This document shows, one piece after another, positions 33,474-40,732 of a stretch of 46,067 bases of DNA. Each line of letters begins with the position of its first letter. The stretch's first letter is position 1. This DNA is from a virus, in the IMG/VR virus record IMGVR_UViG_3300044556_000176. One strand, given 5' to 3'. Both the position numbers and the translations under genes were made by a program. The notes beneath the pieces are model-generated. The model saw only the letters and a program-made list of their open reading frames with translations. It was not told where the DNA came from and did no database searches.

Positions 33474-33527
33474 GCGCAAAATCGCGTTTTTAAGCCGATT
33501 TTCGACGTTAAAACGCGATTTTTACGC
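33474..33527 (-). promoter_or_regulatory. AT-rich hairpin after the major tail gene (attenuator candidate)
   Basis: Core arms AAAATCGCGTTTT (33478-33490) and AAAACGCGATTTT (33510-33522) match 13/13, with flanking GCG pairs. The U-rich context is on the minus strand. Confidence 0.55.
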
Positions 33528-33535
33528 TTAAAACG

Positions 33536-34333
33536 TTACATCTGGCGGTCTTCGATGACGAACAGCTGGTCACCAACGGCACGGGAAGTGTCCTCCGTAC
33601 CCACAAGGGTAATCGGCACGACATCCGTCTCGTCGGCATCGTCAGCTTGGAACTCAATCTCGATGCCAGAGTCTGCAGTAGCCTTGTACACCGTGATGGA
33701 GAACTCGCGACCGAGGCTGTCGTAGTTCGTGATACGTGCAACGGCAGCGTCGAGCTGCTGAAGACCGCCAAAGCTCAGGCGCTTATACTCTGCAGGCGTA
33801 TACTCGTAGGACACCTGGACAACGGAACCATCCGTAATCACAGAGGAGCCGCTCTTACGAGCGATGCAAGTGTAGCCGTCAGAATCGATAGCCACGACAT
33901 AGTCTGTGTCCTCGACAGCAGCAGCAGAGCTACCCTTCTTCTTGACGGAATCGATGGTGACCGCATTGCCATCACTCATACGATGATCAAGTCGAATGAA
34001 CGTGGTACCCTTGAGTGTGTGCTCCTCATTGGTGACCGTCTGCTGAGAACCTGCAACGGTCTCGAGCTTGCTTACGCCACCCATATAAACTGCAAGCGTG
34101 TCGAGGTTAATCTCCATGAGGTTCGCCTCGACCTTAGCAGTCTGGGTGCCAGCACGCTCAAGAATAACACCAGTATTATCGCTAGTAATGGTGACCTTGT
34201 CTCCAAGTTCGTGGGTGAAGTGGACGCCAGTGAGCGCACCGACGTCTACCAGGCTATCTAGAGACTTACCAATCTCCAGTCGACCAGAGCCAAAGCGGAT
34301 AGTCTCGGGATGCTGGACTGTAGTCTGAGCCAT
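33536..34333 (-). CDS. Major tail protein (265 aa)
   Basis: Position between the tail terminator and the chaperone genes. Followed by a hairpin, as is common for abundant structural genes. Confidence 0.7.
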   Translation of the reverse strand: MAQTTVQHPETIRFGSGRLEIGKSLDSLVDVGALTGVHFTHELGDKVTITSDNTGVILERAGTQTAKVEANLMEINLDTLAVYMGGVSKLETVAGSQQTVTNEEHTLKGTTFIRLDHRMSDGNAVTIDSVKKKGSSAAAVEDTDYVVAIDSDGYTCIARKSGSSVITDGSVVQVSYEYTPAEYKRLSFGGLQQLDAAVARITNYDSLGREFSITVYKATADSGIEIEFQADDADETDVVPITLVGTEDTSRAVGDQLFVIEDRQM

Positions 34334-34349
34334 GGTTGCACCATCCTTT

Positions 34350-34760
34350 CTAGTAGAACGTGACCCTAAAGGTCATAGGGGAATACGGAGTTTTAACCTC
34401 AGTATCCCATTCTGTGGACGAATTGACGTATTCGATGTAACGGATACGGTCTTTCTTGTATCTGTGGAGCAGCTTTTTTAGTGTGCCACAGGTGCTCTGG
34501 AGCTCAGACTGTGTGCTTGCGACAACCGTGAGCTGCCAGCTGGAGCGAGAAATCGGAGCAGCATCTGCCTCAATGTCATCAACGAGCGAATAGTGAATGG
34601 CTGGAAGGTCTGGCGAATTCGGCTCATATGAGGTGGTGTCTGGCAGCTCGCCAGGATACACACGTGACCCCACCTTAGAAGCCATCTTAGCGTCGCTAAT
34701 GATGATGCCTCTGAGAAGCTCTCCAACGTCAAACTGTGTAGCTGTCGCCATGTCAGCCAT
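34350..34760 (-). CDS. Tail terminator / tail completion protein (DUF3168-like)
   Basis: 136 aa, directly upstream of the major tail gene. Assignment by order in the connector module. Confidence 0.55.
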   Translation of the reverse strand: MADMATATQFDVGELLRGIIISDAKMASKVGSRVYPGELPDTTSYEPNSPDLPAIHYSLVDDIEADAAPISRSSWQLTVVASTQSELQSTCGTLKKLLHRYKKDRIRYIEYVNSSTEWDTEVKTPYSPMTFRVTFY

Positions 34761-35147
34761 TTATGCTCCTTGACTGGCAATCATCTGCTGCATTGCCCTC
34801 TGAACTCGATTCTGAATGCGCTGCTGGTTCTCAGTCAGTGCAGGTTGGAGGTACGGACGACCCTTCATCCTAGCAGTCCCCTGCTCAACGTACTTTGCGT
34901 ACTTGACGTCCGTACCAACGAGCACGCCACTGTCAGATTCAGGTTCCATGTGGATTGAACGGGAAAGCGTACCCGTCTTCTTTGGTACTCGACGCTTGGC
35001 AGAGTTGACGACAGTATTCGCTCCCGCCATCAAAGCCTTCAGCTCAGTCGGCATTGCTTGCTCACCAATATAAGTGAACTTGGAAAGCACCCGAGCGGTC
35101 TTGCCAGAGTCAAGATATACGCTCACTCCAGGTGTGTTCTTAGCCAT
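34761..35147 (-). CDS. HK97 gp10-like head-tail joining protein
   Basis: The strings RRVPKKTGTLSRSI and VGTDVKYAKYVEQGT..GRPYLQPAL are typical of the HK97 gp10 family. The ATG at 35145-35147 overlaps the upstream stop (TAATG). Confidence 0.7.
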   Translation of the reverse strand: MAKNTPGVSVYLDSGKTARVLSKFTYIGEQAMPTELKALMAGANTVVNSAKRRVPKKTGTLSRSIHMEPESDSGVLVGTDVKYAKYVEQGTARMKGRPYLQPALTENQQRIQNRVQRAMQQMIASQGA

Positions 35148-35518
35148 TAATACCACCTACTTACAGGTATCTCGCTAACATCGGCTGACTGGTTAGGAGT
35201 GCGCTCCTGAACGAGATACGGCTCACTGTCCATATGGTCAATGACCGCCTTCCAGCCGATTTTAATCTCAGGATGGGCATCTGCGATCAGGATGCGGACG
35301 AATCCCTCCTCTGAACCATAGCTGGACTGGGTATTGCTCGTCTTAGCTAGGTTTCGATTGCCAACTGCACAGGGGATATCGGTCAGAGCCTCCACTTCCT
35401 CGAACTTATCGAGAACTTGTCCTGTGGAGTCCTGCTCTTTAGTCGGCTTGTAGAACGTGACTGTGTGGTCAAAGTAGCCTTTCAGCATGTCCTGCCAGCC
35501 ATTGCCTAGGAGTTTCAT
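35147..35518 (-). CDS. Head closure protein (SPP1 gp16-like)
   Basis: FDHTVTFYKPTKEQDSTGQ..IPCAV pattern. The ATG at 35516-35518 overlaps the upstream stop (ATGA). Confidence 0.6.
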   Translation of the reverse strand: MKLLGNGWQDMLKGYFDHTVTFYKPTKEQDSTGQVLDKFEEVEALTDIPCAVGNRNLAKTSNTQSSYGSEEGFVRILIADAHPEIKIGWKAVIDHMDSEPYLVQERTPNQSADVSEIPVSRWY

Positions 35519-35883
35519 GCGAGAGCCTCCCACCACGGACGCCAATGCGTAGGCAACTGAGGAGTAACCACATTAACTACGCCACATACAATGGTGTTAG
35601 CTGCGTCCGCATCAGCCTTGGTACGGAGAGCGGCTGCGGAAGCTCGAATCGCCTCCGCAGTCGCTTGTCCGTTCGTGGTAACATCCAGAATAGTCAGCAC
35701 CTTAAGCGTGTACGCTGCATTGGCGGCAATGGCGTCGAGCGCATCAGCAGCAGCGTAGTAAACGTTGCCGTTGCTCAGCTCAAGGAACGACTCCATCTCA
35801 TCGTCAGTGAAGACGTAATCGTCAACAGCCTTGTCTCCAGTGAGAAGCCGAACCAGCTTCACCTTGTCAGCGTACTGTCCCAT
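35515..35883 (-). CDS. Head-tail connector/adaptor protein (gp6-like)
   Basis: First gene after the major capsid gene. 122 aa, Ala-rich and helical. AAGGAGG RBS. Confidence 0.55.
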   Translation of the reverse strand: MGQYADKVKLVRLLTGDKAVDDYVFTDDEMESFLELSNGNVYYAAADALDAIAANAAYTLKVLTILDVTTNGQATAEAIRASAAALRTKADADAANTIVCGVVNVVTPQLPTHWRPWWEALA

Positions 35884-35892
35884 GGTGCCTCC

Positions 35893-37026
35893 TTACGCAC
35901 CCACAGACTTGAGAGCGCACTTCGGATCAATGACCGTACCGCCCATGACGTGACGTACCTTGTAGCCGATGGCATCGTGGTCGAAGTCGCCAGCCATAGC
36001 ACCAGCAGAAGCGCCACCGACAGACATGGCATTCGGAGACTTCATGAACAGCTCAGGAGAGCGGTGACCACGGAGGAATGCAAACTCAACGGCACCACGA
36101 GCAGCGGACGGGTCTGCGAGCAGGTAGTAAGCGTCGGAGCCATGCGTCTTATCGAGGACAGGGAGGTAGTGGTTGACAACAAGCTTAAGCTTGCCCTTCA
36201 GCCAGTTGTTCGTACGCATCTGGAAGGACTCCTGGCCACCGTCCCATGCAAGGAACTCGGAAGCGTTGAGGATGTTGTTCGCAGTGACCTCAAGCGCAGG
36301 GGGAACCATGAGGATGGCAGGACCGACCATGATAGGCTCGCCATCGTCGTCCACCTTAGCGGTGAACTTCTCGATAGCCTTCTGAAGGTTCTGAACCGTG
36401 AGCGGATTGGACGACATGAGGTTGTCGTTATTAGAAGAGAAGAACGTGTTGTTCATGAGGAGCTTGGTAGCCTCTCGCTCCTCGGTACGACGAGCAGCCT
36501 TACCAAAGCGCGTAGGCTGGTCGGTAAGGAGGGACAGATCGTCATCGATCATAGCCTCCCAGGAGATGTCGAAACGAGCACCAAACTTCTTCACAGAGAA
36601 CTGGAGCTCAGACTCGCGACGACCGACAGACTTGTACTCGCCCAGCTCATCAACGGTCTTAAGCGCAGCCTCGCCACCGTCCATAGCATAACGCTTGGCA
36701 GGACGGAAGTCAGCCACCTCAGAGACCTTAGCCCACTGGGTGTAAGTCTGGGGAGCCTCAGCGTAGGAAGCGAGAATCTGACGGTCAAGCAGGTCACCGA
36801 AATAAATCGGGAAGTCGCTGGTGGTCAGTGCCTCCTGGAAGCGATACATATCCAGCTTGTTGCCACGCTGAACAAGATTCGCGACAAGATTCGCAGCCTC
36901 AGCCAGATTCTTGTTGTACTGCGGATTGTTGCGAGGAGTGATTCGCACACCCTCGCCACCAAAGAGCTTATCTGCAGTCGCAGCCTCTGCGTTGATAGAC
37001 TCTACAAGCTCAAGAAACTCAGCCAT
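35893..37026 (-). CDS. Major capsid protein (377 aa)
   Basis: Position after the scaffold and the DUF2190-like protein. Size and composition fit the HK97-fold capsid proteins of Mu-gpT-like head modules. Confidence 0.75.
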   Translation of the reverse strand: MAEFLELVESINAEAATADKLFGGEGVRITPRNNPQYNKNLAEAANLVANLVQRGNKLDMYRFQEALTTSDFPIYFGDLLDRQILASYAEAPQTYTQWAKVSEVADFRPAKRYAMDGGEAALKTVDELGEYKSVGRRESELQFSVKKFGARFDISWEAMIDDDLSLLTDQPTRFGKAARRTEEREATKLLMNNTFFSSNNDNLMSSNPLTVQNLQKAIEKFTAKVDDDGEPIMVGPAILMVPPALEVTANNILNASEFLAWDGGQESFQMRTNNWLKGKLKLVVNHYLPVLDKTHGSDAYYLLADPSAARGAVEFAFLRGHRSPELFMKSPNAMSVGGASAGAMAGDFDHDAIGYKVRHVMGGTVIDPKCALKSVGA

Positions 37027-37041
37027 TATTCACACCTTTCT

Positions 37042-37398
37042 TTACGCGCTGACAGGGTCTGCAGCACCATAGGCGAGACCGAGGCAAAGCAGCACAGGGA
37101 CAACGATGTCCGTGCTGGAATGCGTAACAGCCTCAAGCGCAAAACCAACAGGAACTGCCTTACCACCACCCTTCGGCTGAGTAGAAACAACGTCACCGAC
37201 CGTAGTGGTCGCCTTCAGCGTCAGGTTCCACACACCCTTCGTAGCGATGGTCGTGTAGTAGTTGGTACCGTCGTCGGTCTTAGCATCGGTGAGAGCGACA
37301 CCAATAATCTCGCCGACCTGAACGAGTTCACCGCTCTTAACGTCCTCGGTGACAGGGAGCGTCAGGTTCTCGCCGACCTGAACAAAGTTCTTAGCCAT
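37042..37398 (-). CDS. DUF2190-like small head protein
   Basis: 118 aa. Beta-rich N-terminus MAKNFVQVGENLTLPV..GELVQVGEIIGVAL, in the usual position between the scaffold/protease and capsid genes. Confidence 0.6.
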   Translation of the reverse strand: MAKNFVQVGENLTLPVTEDVKSGELVQVGEIIGVALTDAKTDDGTNYYTTIATKGVWNLTLKATTTVGDVVSTQPKGGGKAVPVGFALEAVTHSSTDIVVPVLLCLGLAYGAADPVSA

Positions 37399-37409
37399 TC
37401 GTTTCCTCC

Positions 37410-38435
37410 TTAGCGGCCATTAGCGGCAATCTTAGCCGCGCTCTCGGACAGACCCATAGCCTTGAAGGCATCGGTAAGGTCGACAGCCTCTGCAAGATCA
37501 TCGTCGTTCTCGTGACCCTTGGAGCCCATGCCAGTAACGTTAATGCCACCAGACAGCTTACTGATGTACTCAGCCTCAGCCTTGATAGCCTCCTGGACAG
37601 ACTGCTTCACCTTGTCCTTGTCGAGCTTCTTCTTATTGTCCTCATCCTTAGTCGCCATGAACTTACCAGCCTCCTGCTGGATACGCTCCTTGGTGACCTC
37701 AGGCAGGTCGCTCTCCTTCAGCTCTGCAGCGACGATTGCACCGCACTCAGTAAGCATATGTGCCTCGTTGAGGCGTGCAAGCTCCTGGGTGAGGGTATCG
37801 ATCTGACCCTGAGCCTCGGAAAGCTGCGTGTTCAGACCATTGATGGTGTTGTCTCGCTCACCAATGGCGTTGAGAGCTTCCTCAAGATTCATAGATTCCT
37901 CCTCATTTACGTTTTCAAGTACGTTGTATGGGCTTCGTGCAGCCTCAGCAAACTGAGCCAGAACCTTGCCACCAGCTCCAGCGCGAGTCACAAAGTCAAC
38001 AGACTGGACGAGATTAATCTCTTCCACCAGAAGACCTGCGCGACCCTCAGCTTCACCCTCGTGAACCTTGCCACCAGCGCGAATAGACACGCCAATGTAT
38101 GGTCCAATTTCGTTCAGAGTCTCACGGAAAGGTTCGAACACGATAGCATCACCGTAGATACCAGCACCATTCGCATTGGTCTCCTCATAACGGACGTTCG
38201 TGAGCACGCCTGCGAGATCTCGAAGGTCTCGCTCAGGACGCTCGTAGTTGTCGGAGGACTTTGGGTGGTTCCAGAACATCTGCGCACCCTCGAAAAGCTG
38301 TGCAGAAGCTGCAAGAACGGTCTCGGAATAGTAACCAGAAGAACCCCAACCAGGCTGAATGACCTTGACAGGGTACTTGCCTACGGCTTTGTCTGCTTCA
38401 GTGAGCAGTGAGCCCAAGAATGTGATGTTATCCAT
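37410..38435 (-). CDS. Capsid scaffolding protein (possibly a protease-scaffold)
   Basis: The ATG at 38433-38435 lies 5 nt after GGGAGG. The central and C-terminal parts are coiled-coil-like (LNTQLSEAQGQIDTLTQELARLNEA) and Lys/Glu-rich. Confidence 0.65.
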   Translation of the reverse strand: MDNITFLGSLLTEADKAVGKYPVKVIQPGWGSSGYYSETVLAASAQLFEGAQMFWNHPKSSDNYERPERDLRDLAGVLTNVRYEETNANGAGIYGDAIVFEPFRETLNEIGPYIGVSIRAGGKVHEGEAEGRAGLLVEEINLVQSVDFVTRAGAGGKVLAQFAEAARSPYNVLENVNEEESMNLEEALNAIGERDNTINGLNTQLSEAQGQIDTLTQELARLNEAHMLTECGAIVAAELKESDLPEVTKERIQQEAGKFMATKDEDNKKKLDKDKVKQSVQEAIKAEAEYISKLSGGINVTGMGSKGHENDDDLAEAVDLTDAFKAMGLSESAAKIAANGR

Positions 38436-38471
38436 GTTCACCTCCCGTCAAGCCACACATTCTTACAAAGA

Positions 38472-38511
38472 AACGTGCTGCGAGTGCTTTTCCATGCATG
38501 CGCAGCACGTT
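38472..38511 (-). terminator. 11-bp stem-loop between the MuF-ART pair and the scaffold gene
   Basis: AACGTGCTGCG (38472-38482) pairs with CGCAGCACGTT (38501-38511). On the minus strand it is followed by TCTTTGT and preceded by a GAGAGATAAT box (38520-38529). Confidence 0.55.
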
Positions 38512-38583
38512 CTTGAAGAATTATCTCTCTAGTAACAAGGCGAGAAAGCTAAGTTCCATCTGGAATAGTGAGCTTTAACTGCT

Positions 38584-38817
38584 CTAAGGCTCAAATGTAA
38601 TGCCACTATCACCTGTGTATGGAACGGTATGATCGACCTTAGCATCCCAAAACTTGTCGGGAATGCCGTTTGGAAATGCCTTGCAGTACGGCTTGGCACC
38701 TGGAGTGAAGCCTAGAAGGTACTTGCACATAAGGCACATAGGCTGCTTTGCCCTGATGGGCTCATCGACACTATGACCTGGTCCAGGTGAATCCTCGTAA
38801 TGAAAAAAGTCTGTCAT
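38584..38817 (-). CDS. Small Cys-containing protein (77 aa) directly downstream of the ART domain; immunity/antidote candidate
   Basis: The ATG at 38815-38817 has an AGGAG RBS overlapping the MuF-ART stop. Motif CLMCKY..(13)..CKAFP. The track start (GTG at 38865) would overlap the upstream gene by 40 nt. Confidence 0.55.
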   Translation of the reverse strand: MTDFFHYEDSPGPGHSVDEPIRAKQPMCLMCKYLLGFTPGAKPYCKAFPNGIPDKFWDAKVDHTVPYTGDSGITFEP

Positions 38818-38825
38818 CGTTTCTC

Positions 38826-40592
38826 CTAAGGTATAAGCTCGAGCCAGAAGTCTTTCCCGCCCCACTCATTGTCTTCAATATGATGTACTTTAAACTTCGA
38901 GTCTGGGGCGATGAGATATTCCCATTCTCTTGGGTTTTTAGACTCACCATCTACATATATCCCACATCCCTTATTCGGTGGGACATAAATATGCGCTATA
39001 TTATCTTTGCGAAAACCTGTGCTTTTCACAGAGGTCGATACGAACTCAGGAATCTGTTTAGTCTCACCTTCTTTCCATGAATCCCAGAGATCTCCATCGA
39101 ATCCTCGGTTCACAACAATCGGATGAGATGTAACTCCGTATTTTTTAATCGCATTTTCTGCATTTTCGACGTGAGTCCTGACTTTTTCATCAGAGAAAAG
39201 GCTGTTTACTTTACGACCTTTTCTGAGATACTCGTTCATTTGTAGGTAGTAAGATCCCGTGTAGGTCTGAATTGAATCCTTCAAAGGCTCTGGCATGGAA
39301 GAAAACGAGGCCTTTTTGTCTCTGAGCAATTTAACTACATCTGGAAGCTTTCCTCCAGCACAGCTTGCGAACTCAGATTCGTCGCCTTTTGCGAATGCAT
39401 CCATTGCTATATGGTAGTCTTCAGGTCTCAGCGAATTAATCTTCTCTTCTACACCTTTCAGATCCCATTTATCCCAACTGGGGGCGCTAGAAACACCGAC
39501 ACGTTTTGAAGCCGCCTTACCAGCCTTTGTTTTCTTGCTAGGAGTAACCTGTTGCACCTGAGAAGAAACGGTCTTGCTTGGCGAGCTTTTCGTGATGTTA
39601 ACAGCACTGTTGGTGTACTGCTTACCGTACAAAGCCTCGATTGGCTTGCCCAGCATGTCTTCTTCGAGGATATCCTGAAGGAAATCGCATCGGCATCCTG
39701 GGAAACGAGGCGGATGCATGTGACCACTGGGGAACTCTTTGTTAATCGGTATCCAGCCGACACGCTCGTTCTCCTTGCAGCCGTCAGACACACGGTCGTC
39801 CTCAAGCGTCTGCCATGCCTTCATCATCTTAACGCCATTGTCCTGAAGGTAGTTACCGACCTGAGCGTTTCCCTCACAGTAGGCATTCGCTAGCTCTGTG
39901 ACAGCGACCAGCACAGCACGATTCGACACATGCTTCTGGGGCATCGGGACTGCGAATTCCTCGAACTTGTCTTTGATAGCATTGGCTATATCGTTGTAAG
40001 AAGAACCAGACTTGACGCCATCGGAGACAATACGCGCGATCTCCTTGCGAGTGGTGTCGTTGATCTGCGTTACAGCCTCTGCAGCATGCTTCTTAGCGTA
40101 CTCTTGTGCTCTGAAGTTAGGAAGTGACACCCATCCAGACTTATCCGCCTTAACATTGCGGACTCTGGGTGCCTCCTGAAGAGAGGCACCATCGGGTGCA
40201 CTGGCGGATTCAGATGAAGTTGACGACTTCGACAGGGATGAGAAGAACCACCCAGTGCACCCGAGGTCACGGCATTGCTCTACAGCACCTGCAAGCCACA
40301 CTCGATAAATGTAATTCTCGATTACATGCTGCAATTCAGCAGAGTGTCGCTTGACCTCGACCCTTATTATCGCGCTATATTTGTTCTTCAGGTCACGGGA
40401 ATCACGAGGTTTTTCTGCTTCGAGGATTTCATCTCCCTCAGGCAGTCGCTCCTCAATACCTTTCCACGTAGCCCAGAACACAGCTGCAACGTCAAGAGCC
40501 ATAGCAGAAGCCCACGGCTGAATGATGGCATTGTGCTTCTTGATAGCCAATGCATTGCGATACTTGGCTATGGTGCCGTAGGGTTCTGCCAT
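38826..40592 (-). CDS. MuF/SPP1-gp7-like minor head protein fused to a C-terminal R-S-E ADP-ribosyltransferase domain (588 aa)
   Basis: The MuF core ends in HMHPPRFPGCRCDF (about 39681), followed by a Ser/Lys-rich linker. ART motifs: YTGSYYLQMNEYLR; VVNRG (Arg codon at 39105-39107); STS (39030-39038); EWE (38919-38927). The ATG at 40590-40592 overlaps the upstream small-ORF stop. Confidence 0.8.
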   Translation of the reverse strand: MAEPYGTIAKYRNALAIKKHNAIIQPWASAMALDVAAVFWATWKGIEERLPEGDEILEAEKPRDSRDLKNKYSAIIRVEVKRHSAELQHVIENYIYRVWLAGAVEQCRDLGCTGWFFSSLSKSSTSSESASAPDGASLQEAPRVRNVKADKSGWVSLPNFRAQEYAKKHAAEAVTQINDTTRKEIARIVSDGVKSGSSYNDIANAIKDKFEEFAVPMPQKHVSNRAVLVAVTELANAYCEGNAQVGNYLQDNGVKMMKAWQTLEDDRVSDGCKENERVGWIPINKEFPSGHMHPPRFPGCRCDFLQDILEEDMLGKPIEALYGKQYTNSAVNITKSSPSKTVSSQVQQVTPSKKTKAGKAASKRVGVSSAPSWDKWDLKGVEEKINSLRPEDYHIAMDAFAKGDESEFASCAGGKLPDVVKLLRDKKASFSSMPEPLKDSIQTYTGSYYLQMNEYLRKGRKVNSLFSDEKVRTHVENAENAIKKYGVTSHPIVVNRGFDGDLWDSWKEGETKQIPEFVSTSVKSTGFRKDNIAHIYVPPNKGCGIYVDGESKNPREWEYLIAPDSKFKVHHIEDNEWGGKDFWLELIP

Positions 40593-40732
40593 TAGTGATG
40601 CCTCCATTCGAACTTCTGTTCATCGACGATTCGCTTTGCGTTTTCCTCAGGGTCTCTGAACAGATCCATCAAGGCAAACGGAATAAAAGCGACCACCAGA
40701 ATAAGAATCGGCACAAAAGACTCTACATCCAT
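40592..40732 (-). CDS. Small single-TM protein (46 aa) between the portal and MuF genes; below the ORF-track cutoff
   Basis: Hand translation gives MDVESFVPILILVVAFIPFALMDLFRDPEENAKRIVDEQKFEWRHH. Its ATG overlaps the portal stop (TGATG) and its TAA overlaps the MuF ATG (TAATG). Confidence 0.5.
   Translation of the reverse strand: MDVESFVPILILVVAFIPFALMDLFRDPEENAKRIVDEQKFEWRHH

Noticed and set aside
35545-37413. A 622-aa plus-strand ORF, the longest plus-strand ORF in the window
   Set aside because: It lies antisense to four well-supported minus-strand structural genes (connector, major capsid, DUF2190-like, scaffold start). Its translation is low-complexity and Arg/Ser/Leu/Val-rich, and it has no RBS. 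It is a shadow ORF of the opposite coding strand.
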